Source: Myxococcota bacterium (GTDB taxonomy: Bacteria; Myxococcota_A; UBA9160; UBA6930). From it: DNA of 64,000 nucleotides. The notes beneath the pieces were generated by a model, which ran no database searches, was not told the DNA's origin, and was given only the letters and a program-made list of their open reading frames with translations. The position numbers and the translations under genes are program-made. Below, one piece after another: positions 39,718 through 49,019 of the stretch (the stretch's first letter is position 1; each line of letters begins with the position of its first letter). The DNA is taken from assembly GCA_965223705.1 (NCBI GenBank), contig OZ245015.1:1664001-1728000 (forward strand), read 5' to 3'.

Positions 39718-40809
39718 TCAGGTGCCGCACGTCGCCGGTGGATCCTGGGTGACGTCGAGCGCGTTGCAAACGGGGGTCTCGGCTGTGGTTTTTAGTAGCT
39801 TGCGGGTCCATAGTGCGGAGCCCGGCATGGTGTTGCCGAAATTCGGCTGACCGGAGCCCAGGCTCTGGTTGTCGTTCAGGTCGCCACCGATAGCCATGGC
39901 CTGAACAAGATATCCGACCGAGGCGGATCGAAACGGTCCAAATCCGCCGATGGCCGGGTTGTACGCCGCCGGGTCGGTCAGCGCAAAGAGGCTCAGGTGT
40001 CCCACGAAGTACGGCGTTCCGCCGGGCCCATTCTCTCGGCGGACACTCAGACCAAAAATGTCCTCGAGGTTCACGACCGTGATGCAGTCGTACTTCAGCG
40101 TATTCGAAAGCGACTGTTCGTCGTCGTCGTACACCAGCCCGCCGACGGTCACCGGTGAGTTCCAGCCAATGCGCCCGTGGAGGGTGTAGAGAACCAGCTG
40201 AGCGGCGACGTCATCGTCCGGAGCGATGAAACTCGTCGCGAGCACAGCAGGCACCATCAGCGTGTTGTTCTGGTTCGTACCCTGAACCTGATGATGCCAG
40301 CCGTTCGCGGACATCGCGAGTCCCGCAAGAAAGTTGATGTAAGTGAAGTCGGCGATCAGGGAGTTCGTCGATCTCAAGTTTGCGGGGACTCCTGCGCCCA
40401 GCGTTGTGTGAAAGACGATGAAGCCGCCGCCGACAAGTGGGGCGGATCCGGAGGGAATGAACTGCGTTCGCACGATATTCAAGTTGCTCTGGGTGATATC
40501 GCTGCACTCGTACGTGACCTTCGCGCCGCCGACGCCGTCCGGTTCGAAGACGAAGTAGGTCGTCTCCATCGGTGAGAGCGGGCAGTCGAAGTCGATGCCT
40601 TGCCACTCCTCGTTCAACGCCGTCCAGTGAACGGTCACAGGCTCGGAAAGGGCATTGGTCAAGCTGACGACCGTGACGTCCCCGAGGCTCGCGAACCAGG
40701 GGGTCGAGACGACACTCCCCGTAGCCGAGTGATCCATCAGATCGAGGGCGGCGTGGCTCGTGTTGTGAACGAGGCAGAGCGCGAAGACGATTGCGGCGAT
40801 CTTCACCAT
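39718..40809 (-). CDS. Secreted beta-rich hypothetical protein
   Basis: AGGA RBS; signal peptide MVKIAAIVFALCLVHNTSHA; Thr/Asn/Gly-rich. Confidence 0.7.
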   Translation of the reverse strand: MVKIAAIVFALCLVHNTSHAALDLMDHSATGSVVSTPWFASLGDVTVVSLTNALSEPVTVHWTALNEEWQGIDFDCPLSPMETTYFVFEPDGVGGAKVTYECSDITQSNLNIVRTQFIPSGSAPLVGGGFIVFHTTLGAGVPANLRSTNSLIADFTYINFLAGLAMSANGWHHQVQGTNQNNTLMVPAVLATSFIAPDDDVAAQLVLYTLHGRIGWNSPVTVGGLVYDDDEQSLSNTLKYDCITVVNLEDIFGLSVRRENGPGGTPYFVGHLSLFALTDPAAYNPAIGGFGPFRSASVGYLVQAMAIGGDLNDNQSLGSGQPNFGNTMPGSALWTRKLLKTTAETPVCNALDVTQDPPATCGT

Positions 40810-40935
40810 GGTTGGGGGTCCTTTCGCAACGAATGGTGCGATACCCCTACCATGTTCGCGCGAATCGCGTCCACATCAAAAATCGCGGGTCGCTTCGAGA
40901 TACACTGGCGCAAAGCTACAGACGAGGAGCCCGAT

Positions 40936-41817
40936 ATGACTTACGAAACGATCCTCTACGAGAAGAAAGACTTTCTCGCGACCGTCACGCTCAACCGCCC
41001 CGACAAGTTGAACGCGCTTTCGGAAACCCTACAGCTCGAGGTGCGGGACGCTCTCGAAGACGCCGGTTGGCGCGACGAACAGGTTCGCGTGATCGTGCTG
41101 AAAGCCGCCGGGCGTGCCTTCAGCGCGGGGTTTGACATCAGCGCCGATCAGGGCGGCAGCGCGGTCCAGTGGCGCGATTTTTTCATGAAGGGGAAGGGCT
41201 TTGCCGCATCGGCTTGGTGGGACGTCTTCTGGGGCAACCCCAAACCCATCATCGCGCAGATTCACGGCTACTGCATCGCGGGGGCGTTGGCCACCGCGAC
41301 CTTTTGCGATTTGCGGATCTGTTCGGAAGATTCCCGCTTCGGTGCGCCCGAGATCCGGATGGGGGGCCCGTACATTCCAGCCGTGTGGCCCTGGGTGATC
41401 GGTATGACGAAAGCGCGCGAGCTGCTCTACACGGGCGAGCTCATCGACGCGGCGGAAGCCAAGCGTCTCGATCTCGTGAACGATGTCGTCCCCGCAGAAG
41501 AGCTCGACGAGTTCGTCTACCGACGCGCGGAGACCATCTCGAGACTTCCCGCGGCCACGGTCGAGGGCAACAAGAAGCTCGTCAACATGTCCTACGAACT
41601 CATGGGCGTGCGCCAAGTGTTGGAGCGCTCGATGGAACTCGAGGCGATCGTACACGCCAGCGAGGAGGACGCTCCCGAGATCCGCGAGTTCAATGACATC
41701 CGTCGAGAGCGGGGACTCAAGGCGGCGCTCGACTGGAACGCCGGCCGTTTCGCCGAGAACGATGCGTGGTTCGCGGAGAGGACGAGCTCGGTCGTCGCGG
41801 GCTCGAAGAAGGAGTGA
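40936..41817 (+). CDS. Enoyl-CoA hydratase/isomerase family protein
   Basis: GAGGAG RBS; TLNRPDKLNA, AFSAGFD, PKPIIAQIHGYCIAG, FGAPE. Confidence 0.93.
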   Translation: MTYETILYEKKDFLATVTLNRPDKLNALSETLQLEVRDALEDAGWRDEQVRVIVLKAAGRAFSAGFDISADQGGSAVQWRDFFMKGKGFAASAWWDVFWGNPKPIIAQIHGYCIAGALATATFCDLRICSEDSRFGAPEIRMGGPYIPAVWPWVIGMTKARELLYTGELIDAAEAKRLDLVNDVVPAEELDEFVYRRAETISRLPAATVEGNKKLVNMSYELMGVRQVLERSMELEAIVHASEEDAPEIREFNDIRRERGLKAALDWNAGRFAENDAWFAERTSSVVAGSKKE

Positions 41818-41827
41818 CAGGCTCCGC

Positions 41828-43855
41828 TTATTTGGCGAGTGGGTCCGGTCGCAGCTGAATCCAGCCGACGTAGGACTGCTGGATCTCGGAGTGGATCAGC
41901 GGGTCCAAGCCGTTGTTGAACCAGAGTCCGCGCCCCTTCCAGCCAGTTTTCGCATCGTCGATTCGACCGTCGAGCCCGCGGGTGTAGGTGTTCAGCGGGT
42001 ACGGCACCCGGATCACCGTGAATTCCTCTGTCTCGGGATCGAACACGAGGATCGAGTCTGAGCCCGTCCCGTTCATCACCACCTTGTCGTGACCCATACC
42101 GAGGGTGTTCCACTGATCGACCCAGATGTAGTAGTGCATGTCGGCGCTGCCGGCTTCGGCCGGCAGGCCTCGCAGGCCTGGGCCCGGACTGCGCCACAGG
42201 GTCCAACCTTCCGGACACTGGTCGCCAATGCCCCACGTCTTCTTGCAGCGGCTTCGATCGAAACGCGCCAGGTGGCCGCTCCCGCCGAGAGAGGCCCAGA
42301 TGTTCCCCGCGCGATCGACATCCACACCGCGCGGTCCGGAGCCGGGAGCGGGAGGACGGTAGACCTCGTGGCGATCGGTCGCGGGGTCGTAGCGCATCAA
42401 CAACCCGGGGAACTCCAGGGGAGCGCCGAACTCCGCACCGGGGTGCGCTGTCCAGACCGAGCCGTCCGTGGGGTTGGGAATGACGCCGTAGTGGAAGCCC
42501 ACGATCGGTCGATCGGGTTCGCCGTCGCCGTCCGAGTCGACCACGACCTCGGACCAGCCCTGCGCTTCGCCGAGGCTCTCCGGGCGCGCCGGGTCGTACT
42601 TCGCCGGATCGAACCAGCCGACCACGTACGAATCGCCGCTCGTCCAGAGCACACCCTTTTCGTCGAACTGGAGGTGGTGCGTCCCGTAGCACGTATCGAT
42701 CAGCTCATAGGACTCGGTCTTCGGGTCCCAGTAACCGAGCTGCCGGTGGTGGTAGTTGTCGGCGATGACCGGCGCCTTGCGACAGAAGCTCGGAAGATCC
42801 TCACCCCATTCGCGCCGCACCTGAGTCGTCAGCCAAACCCGGCCTTCCGCGTCCATCATCGGATTGTGCGGATTCGCCGGATTCTGGTACTTGCCGGTAA
42901 ACCCGGTGATGCCCTCCTGTACGGGGCAACCGAGGGAGCCGAATCCGTAGGGTAGAGGTTCGCCGCCCGCGAGGGGCTTGTAGGTCTGGTCGCACCACGG
43001 TGTCGCGAAGGCCCCTTCGGTCGGGACCGGGATGCTTCGCACTCGGTGAGTGTCTGGATCGAGGACCAGCAGGTGATCGTTCCCGATGTCGACGCCGTAC
43101 ACCGGGCCTCCGGCGTTCACCGTTGGATCGCGCTTGTCGGTGGCGATCTCATCGTGGGCGTACGTGTAGCCGTCGCCCCAAGCCCACTGGGTAATGACAA
43201 CGTTGCGCTCGAGTCCCCGCGGCCGGGGCGGGGGCTCGGGCGTCTCGCCGTTTTGAATTCGTAGGCTCCAGGCCTCGAGGGCGTCGAGCAGTTGCTCGCG
43301 ACCGAGGTGGTCCGCGAACGCGTTCATGAAGCTCGCCTTGCGTAGCCCGAGATCGTACCCGGCCCGAGCGCGCCCCCGCGTCGTGGCCGAGCCGAGCTGG
43401 TGGCAGAGCTCGCACCCGAGCTTCATCTGGCTGGCGAAGGCGGCGCTCTTACCCGGTGGTTCGAAGAGCGAGAACCAGTAGTTCGCCGGGAAGATCCGGG
43501 CCGCCTCCCGGGGAGACGACGCCTTCTCGACCTTCAGCGTGACCGAGCTACCGCGCTTCACCGGCGTCTTCCCCGAATCCCGCAAGCCGTAACCGCGCAC
43601 CCACATCTGGAAGGTCGACTCCGGAAGATCGGGCACCACGAAGCGCCCCGCATCGTCGGTGACGACGATCTTTCGGTAGGGCGTCGGCAGCTCGGACGTC
43701 TCGGCGATCACCCACACACCGGCTTCGCCGTCACCCGCGCCGGAGACCACCCGCCCTTCGACATGCGTGGCGTCCTCCGCCGCCGCGAGAGCCGGCAGCG
43801 CGAGGATCGAGAGGGTCAGCCACAAGACGGCGTGCTCCGCGGCGAGCCGTTTCAT
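41828..43855 (-). CDS. Exported protein: carboxypeptidase-regulatory-like domain + c-type heme motif + beta-propeller
   Basis: Signal peptide, VVTDDAGRFVVPDLP, CELCH, repeated GxxW blades. Confidence 0.78.
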   Translation of the reverse strand: MKRLAAEHAVLWLTLSILALPALAAAEDATHVEGRVVSGAGDGEAGVWVIAETSELPTPYRKIVVTDDAGRFVVPDLPESTFQMWVRGYGLRDSGKTPVKRGSSVTLKVEKASSPREAARIFPANYWFSLFEPPGKSAAFASQMKLGCELCHQLGSATTRGRARAGYDLGLRKASFMNAFADHLGREQLLDALEAWSLRIQNGETPEPPPRPRGLERNVVITQWAWGDGYTYAHDEIATDKRDPTVNAGGPVYGVDIGNDHLLVLDPDTHRVRSIPVPTEGAFATPWCDQTYKPLAGGEPLPYGFGSLGCPVQEGITGFTGKYQNPANPHNPMMDAEGRVWLTTQVRREWGEDLPSFCRKAPVIADNYHHRQLGYWDPKTESYELIDTCYGTHHLQFDEKGVLWTSGDSYVVGWFDPAKYDPARPESLGEAQGWSEVVVDSDGDGEPDRPIVGFHYGVIPNPTDGSVWTAHPGAEFGAPLEFPGLLMRYDPATDRHEVYRPPAPGSGPRGVDVDRAGNIWASLGGSGHLARFDRSRCKKTWGIGDQCPEGWTLWRSPGPGLRGLPAEAGSADMHYYIWVDQWNTLGMGHDKVVMNGTGSDSILVFDPETEEFTVIRVPYPLNTYTRGLDGRIDDAKTGWKGRGLWFNNGLDPLIHSEIQQSYVGWIQLRPDPLAK

Positions 43856-44673
43856 TTCGTGGCCTCCTCGGTGATGCGTTCGAGAAACGGCGCGAGATCG
43901 GGATACCCGGTGGTTTCCCAGGCCCCGTCGACCACGAGGTTGGCGCCCGAGACGTATCCCGCGTCATCCGAGAGGAGGAAGAGAGCTGCCGCCGCCATCT
44001 CCTCGGGTGTGCCGGAGCGACGCATGGGGATCCGCTCGTAGTACGCGTCGTAAACTCCGTCCACGGCGCGCAGGGGAGCCGTCATCGGCGTGTCCGTGAG
44101 GCCCGGCGATACCGTGTTGACGCGGATCTTGTTCGCGCTGAGTTCGAGCGCCGCGTTGCGCGAGAACATCTCGACCCCGGCTTTGGCGCAGGCGTACGCG
44201 ATGCCTCCGTATAATGGAACATGAGCGTTCAGCGACGCGATGTTGACGATGGAGCCGCCGTCCCCCTGGCGAATCATTTGTCGCGCCTGTTGCTTCACCG
44301 CCAGGAAGACGCCTTTCAAGCAGATATCGACGGTGTTGCTCCAATCGGATTCACTCAGCTCGGTGAGCGGTCCGAAGGCCGAAGCGCCGGCCGCATTCAC
44401 GGCGAGATCGATCCGACCGAAATGGCTCACCGCCGTCTCGACGAGCCCGCTTACCTCGGCTTCCGAGCGGACGTCGACGACGGCCGTTTCGACCTTCTCG
44501 CCGAGCTCCTCGCGCACCGCCTCGAGGCCCTCCTTGGACAGGTCACCCACGGCGACCGAGGCGCCTTCGGCGACGAAGCGCCGAACGCTGGCCAGCCCGA
44601 TGCCCGAGGCGCCCCCGGTCACGACAGCTACCTGGTTCTGGAAACGATTCTCGACGCGTTGCGTAGTACTCAT
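43852..44673 (-). CDS. Short-chain dehydrogenase/reductase
   Basis: TGGASGIG, VNAAG, YACAK, IRVNTVSPG. Confidence 0.95.
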   Translation of the reverse strand: MSTTQRVENRFQNQVAVVTGGASGIGLASVRRFVAEGASVAVGDLSKEGLEAVREELGEKVETAVVDVRSEAEVSGLVETAVSHFGRIDLAVNAAGASAFGPLTELSESDWSNTVDICLKGVFLAVKQQARQMIRQGDGGSIVNIASLNAHVPLYGGIAYACAKAGVEMFSRNAALELSANKIRVNTVSPGLTDTPMTAPLRAVDGVYDAYYERIPMRRSGTPEEMAAAALFLLSDDAGYVSGANLVVDGAWETTGYPDLAPFLERITEEATK

Positions 44674-44729
44674 CCGACCTCCTGAGGGAAGTCTGTAGTG
44701 GGCGCGTCACCGACGCAAGCCGGCGAGAA

Positions 44730-45371
44730 CTAGCGGCGCTCGGGCAGTGGCCAATCGGGTCGACGCATGCGAAACACATCGGTCGTCGCGGCGTAGTCCG
44801 CCAGATAACCGAGGCGTGCGACCGGCTGGGTCTTCGAATAGTCGATCATGCCCTCGGTGATGACGGACTCATCGATATGGATCCCGATGACCTCGCCCAG
44901 AACGATCACGTTGGGAGAGCGGTCACCCCGCGCCTTGGTAGGGATGACCTGCACCAGTTCGCACTCGAAGTGCACCGGGCTCTCTTTGACCCTCGGCGCG
45001 TTCACGCGCTCCGCCGGTTCCGCCGTCAGGCCGGCGAGATCGAATTCGTCGACATCCATCGGGCATTCGGCAGACGTCATGTTCATCGCTTCGCGCAGCG
45101 CGAAGGTGACCAGGTTCGCGACGAAACAGCCCGAGCGTTCGACGTTGGCGAGGCTGTCCTTCGTATGGGCTTCCTCTCCAACGCCTCGGGCGCCCGACGA
45201 AAACATGACCTGCGGCGGGGAATAGGAAACGGCGTTGAAGAACGAGTAGGGCGCTAAGTTGGGCAAGCCATCCGGTCCGTAGGTCGAGATCCAACCGATC
45301 GGCCTCGGAGCGACCAGTGCCGAAAACGGATTGTGTTTGAGGCCGTGGTGCTCCTCGGTTTTCCAGTACAT
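44730..45371 (-). CDS. Flavin reductase family protein
   Basis: VAPRPIGWIST, NLAPYSFFN, PVARLG. Confidence 0.9.
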   Translation of the reverse strand: MYWKTEEHHGLKHNPFSALVAPRPIGWISTYGPDGLPNLAPYSFFNAVSYSPPQVMFSSGARGVGEEAHTKDSLANVERSGCFVANLVTFALREAMNMTSAECPMDVDEFDLAGLTAEPAERVNAPRVKESPVHFECELVQVIPTKARGDRSPNVIVLGEVIGIHIDESVITEGMIDYSKTQPVARLGYLADYAATTDVFRMRRPDWPLPERR

Positions 45372-45479
45372 GCTGCTTCTCCTGTGACCGCTACTCGACA
45401 GGGTTCCGGGGCCCCTCGATTCCGTCAACACCGGAGTCGATCCGCGGCATACTCTCCCCCGACTCACCAGGAGACGCAC

Positions 45480-45977
45480 TTGAAGTACCGATTACTCTTC
45501 GCTGCCGCCGTGCTGCTGAGCTCCGTGGTTTATGCAGCAGAGACGCTCCCGCACAAACCCGTACTGACGCTCGAAGCGGCAAAGAAGGCGGCCGATGCGT
45601 GCGAGGCGATGGCCAACGAGAAAGGGTGGAAGCTCAACATCGCGATTGTCGATGACGGTGCCCACCTTGTGCTCTTTCGTCGCATGCTCGGAAGCCCGCT
45701 CATCAGCGTCGATATCGCGATTCGCAAGGCGGAAACCGCGACGAAGATCCCGCGACCGACGCGCGCTTTGGCGGAGCGCGCCTACGGAACTGCCGACAAG
45801 CCCCCCGGTGCGCCTGGCATCGCGGCCCTCGGCGGGCTGACGCTTTTCCCGGGAGGCCTGCCCATCAAGCACGGCGACACGCCGATTGGAGGGATCGGGG
45901 TGAGCGGCGTGACGTCCGACCAAGACGAGCTCTGCGCGCAAGCGGGGATTGACGCGATTTCGAACCTTCTGCAGTGA
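45480..45977 (+). CDS. Exported GlcG/HbpS-family heme-binding protein
   Basis: AGGAG RBS + TTG start; IAIVDDG, AIRKAETA, PGGLPI...IGGIGVSG. Confidence 0.88.
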   Translation: MKYRLLFAAAVLLSSVVYAAETLPHKPVLTLEAAKKAADACEAMANEKGWKLNIAIVDDGAHLVLFRRMLGSPLISVDIAIRKAETATKIPRPTRALAERAYGTADKPPGAPGIAALGGLTLFPGGLPIKHGDTPIGGIGVSGVTSDQDELCAQAGIDAISNLLQ

Positions 45978-46390
45978 CGAAACCCAAGAATCTCAAGAAG
46001 TGGCTGGTCGCGATCGGGATCTTGTATCTCGTCTTTCCGCGAGATTTGGTCCCCGACTTCATCGGGAGGGGACTCGGCCTGATCGACGATGTGTTGCTGA
46101 TCGGCCTCCTGACCTACTTCTATCGCAAGCATCTGCGGAAATACATGGCGCGAGAAGCCGGAGACCGCGAAGGGAAGGAGCGGCATGGTGCGGCCGGGCG
46201 TCCTTCAGATCCATATGAGATTCTGGGCATCGATTCTTCGGCGTCCGCCGAAGAGGTTCACGCGGCCTACAAAGCCCGCATGCACGAATACCACCCGGAC
46301 AAGGTGGCGCACCTGGGTGAGGAGCTGCAGGAGATGGCGCACCGCAAGTCCGTTGAGATCCAACAGGCGTACGACCGACTGCGCAACTAG
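45974..46390 (+). CDS. DUF1232-like membrane segment fused to a J-domain
   Basis: YLVFPRDLVPDFI...GLIDD; DPYEILG...YHPDKV. Confidence 0.87.
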   Translation: MTKPKNLKKWLVAIGILYLVFPRDLVPDFIGRGLGLIDDVLLIGLLTYFYRKHLRKYMAREAGDREGKERHGAAGRPSDPYEILGIDSSASAEEVHAAYKARMHEYHPDKVAHLGEELQEMAHRKSVEIQQAYDRLRN

Positions 46391-47472
46391 TTGTCGAACG
46401 CGGGAAGGATCTCTTTCGCGAAATCCGAGAAGGCTTCCTGGCAATGGTCCGCAGCGGGCATGATGTTGATTTCGCGGATACCGAGCTTCTCGATCTCGCG
46501 AATTTCGCTGATGATTTCTTCCGCCGAACCGACCAGAGCAACGGCCCGGATCGCCTCAGGGGTGACGAACACCTTCTCGTCGGGGACCAGATAGGTCGCG
46601 TGACCGTCGTGGATTTGGCGGAACCGCTTTTCGGGCGCCAGGCTGAAGTTTTCGACCCGTTCGAGATAGCGCTCCCAGCAGTTCGCGAAGTGCGGCGGAA
46701 TGAGCTCGTCGTTGCGGCCGGCCTTCTCCCAGATTTCGTAGAAGAAATGGAGCTCCGTGGTGATCCAGGCGCCGATCTCGTTGATCACCCGCTCGCTCGT
46801 CAGGTCTTCGCCGGCTCGTAGAATGCACGCGGCGGAAAAAAGCACCGTGTGGAAATCGTCGCCGAGCGTGCGCCCCGCTTCGCGCGCGCCCTCGTGGATG
46901 TGGCCGAGGTTGTGTTCGAGAGGTCCCGGCTCTTTGCCGATGGTCGTCCAACCATCGCCGTAGGCGCCCGTCGCCTGACAGGCTTTCGGGCCGTTGGCCG
47001 CGACGTAGATCGGGATCGGGTTGTCGAGGTTCACGAACTTCCGGTCACGATGCAGGAATTCGATTTCTCGCGTCTTGCCGCGATACGTGTAGTCGACGGC
47101 CTGGCCGTGGAGGAGCGCGCGCGTCACGCGCAAGTACTCGCGGAACTCGCTCGCGGGGATCGGATCCTGGCCCATCACGCGCATCGCCGTGTGTCCGGTT
47201 CCCATCCCCAGAAACACGCGCCCGGGCGCGAGTTGATTGATGGACCCGATGGAATGCGCTGTGACGGGCGCGATCCGGGTTCCGGCAATCGAGACGCCGG
47301 TTCCGATCTTGATCCGCGAAGTGTTGACCGCAGCGAGTGCGAGGATGGAGTAACAATCCGACCAGATCATCTGAGAATCGGGGACCCAGGCGCGATCGAA
47401 CCCGAGCTCTTCCACGAATGGGATGAGCTTCCAGTTGTCGATGTGGGGATTGATGATGGCACCAAATTCCAT
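46387..47472 (-). CDS. LLM-class flavin-dependent oxidoreductase
   Basis: WVPDSQM, LAPGRVFLGMGTG, IPIYVAANGP. Confidence 0.9.
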   Translation of the reverse strand: MEFGAIINPHIDNWKLIPFVEELGFDRAWVPDSQMIWSDCYSILALAAVNTSRIKIGTGVSIAGTRIAPVTAHSIGSINQLAPGRVFLGMGTGHTAMRVMGQDPIPASEFREYLRVTRALLHGQAVDYTYRGKTREIEFLHRDRKFVNLDNPIPIYVAANGPKACQATGAYGDGWTTIGKEPGPLEHNLGHIHEGAREAGRTLGDDFHTVLFSAACILRAGEDLTSERVINEIGAWITTELHFFYEIWEKAGRNDELIPPHFANCWERYLERVENFSLAPEKRFRQIHDGHATYLVPDEKVFVTPEAIRAVALVGSAEEIISEIREIEKLGIREINIMPAADHCQEAFSDFAKEILPAFDN

Positions 47473-47555
47473 GCAGAGATTCCTCGTCAGCTTCGCGAGC
47501 TATATTACCATGATGAAGAACCCGACCACACACGCACTGGTGTAGGAGTATGTGG

Positions 47556-47969
47556 ATGTTCGGTACGTTTCGTGTGAAGAGCCTGATGACTCCGGACCCC
47601 CTGGTTCTCCACGACTACCAAACGCTCAAGGGCGCGCATGGCCTTATGAAGCTCGAGCGCATCCGACACTTGCCGGTTGTCTCGGAGGACGACGACGTGT
47701 TGGTCGGGGTCGTTACGCAGCGCGATCTGTACGCGGCGATGGCGACCAACCCCAACCAAAAGGTACGCGACGTCATGACGCCCGATCCGATCACAGCGCA
47801 CCCCGACACGACGGTCACGGAAGCTGCGGAGACGATGTTCAAGAAGAAGATCGGTTGTCTCCCGGTGATCGAGGACGGCCGGGTCGTCGGGATCCTTACC
47901 GAAGCGGATTTCGTCGCACTCATGGCTTCGGGAGATCTGCGCGATCGCGTGAGACGAGGCGCAGAGTAG
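47556..47969 (+). CDS. CBS-domain pair protein
   Basis: IRHLPVV...GVVTQRD; IGCLPVI...GILTEAD; AGGAG RBS. Confidence 0.92.
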   Translation: MFGTFRVKSLMTPDPLVLHDYQTLKGAHGLMKLERIRHLPVVSEDDDVLVGVVTQRDLYAAMATNPNQKVRDVMTPDPITAHPDTTVTEAAETMFKKKIGCLPVIEDGRVVGILTEADFVALMASGDLRDRVRRGAE

Positions 47970-47981
47970 AGGCAGCAGGCC

Positions 47982-49016
47982 GTGCCCCGCAAGAAGTCCG
48001 TCGCTGAGGTCGAAGCGATGCTCCGAGACGTCGCGATTCCGGACGCCGAGCTGCGGAAGTACCTGAAGGCCAACAAGACGCAAAGCCGTCCTTTCGAACC
48101 CGGGCTTCGATACGACGAAGAGCAGGTTGAAATCACCCACGCCGATCTGCCGCGCACCGAAGCGGGGGTGGTCGCGGGTTTTCTGAACGGTGTCTCCCGA
48201 TTTCGCCGCAGGGAGATCTTCCTCAATGCCGTGCAGGACCCCGCTACCCAGGATCGCAAGGTCCTGGTGACCGAGGGCGATTCGTGGTTCCAGTTTCCGT
48301 TCTTGCTCGAAGACGTCGTCGACCATCTGACCCCGCACTACAACGTGCTGTCGGTCGGGAAGGCGGGCGATACCACGGAGAACATGACCCTCAAGAGCCC
48401 CGAGTTTCTCGAGGCGATCGACCGCGCGGCTGAAATCATCGCGCGAGCGCCCGATGGCTTTGTCTTCTCGGCCGGGGGAAACGATTTCCTCGGACAAGTC
48501 GACGGCGAGCCGGTCTTCAAGATCATCCTCAGAGAGCAGCCGGCGGGGTCATCGTTCGATTCGGTGACTTCGTTCAATCTCCCCGAGCTCGACGCGCGCA
48601 TCGAGAGGGTCCGCCGAGGTTTTCGCTCGATGATCGCTGCGATCCGGCGTGACTATCCGAACCTGCCGATCTTCCTCCACGCATACGATCAGGTGTTTCC
48701 CTACGACGAGAACGACGCGCGTGACCGACGCAACCCGATCTACGCGGACAAAGACCAATGGGTCGCGGGCCCCATCGCGAAGCGCGGCATCACTGATCCC
48801 GTCGAACAGCGGAACGTCACAAACCATCTTCTCGGAATCTTGCGCGGGGTTCTCGATGATCTCGCGGCCACAAACGCCGGGGTTCACGTGATGGAAACGG
48901 GGCTGCCGCTCCAGGGAGACGTCGGTCTCTGGCACGACGAGATCCATCCGACCGACGAAGGCTTTCGACGGGTAACCGCCAAGTTCCGCGAGACGATCGA
49001 CGCGGTGCTCATGTGA
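47982..49016 (+). CDS. SGNH/GDSL hydrolase
   Basis: EGDSW, SAGGND, DEIHP blocks; no signal peptide. Confidence 0.88.
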   Translation: MPRKKSVAEVEAMLRDVAIPDAELRKYLKANKTQSRPFEPGLRYDEEQVEITHADLPRTEAGVVAGFLNGVSRFRRREIFLNAVQDPATQDRKVLVTEGDSWFQFPFLLEDVVDHLTPHYNVLSVGKAGDTTENMTLKSPEFLEAIDRAAEIIARAPDGFVFSAGGNDFLGQVDGEPVFKIILREQPAGSSFDSVTSFNLPELDARIERVRRGFRSMIAAIRRDYPNLPIFLHAYDQVFPYDENDARDRRNPIYADKDQWVAGPIAKRGITDPVEQRNVTNHLLGILRGVLDDLAATNAGVHVMETGLPLQGDVGLWHDEIHPTDEGFRRVTAKFRETIDAVLM

Positions 49017-49019
49017 CGT

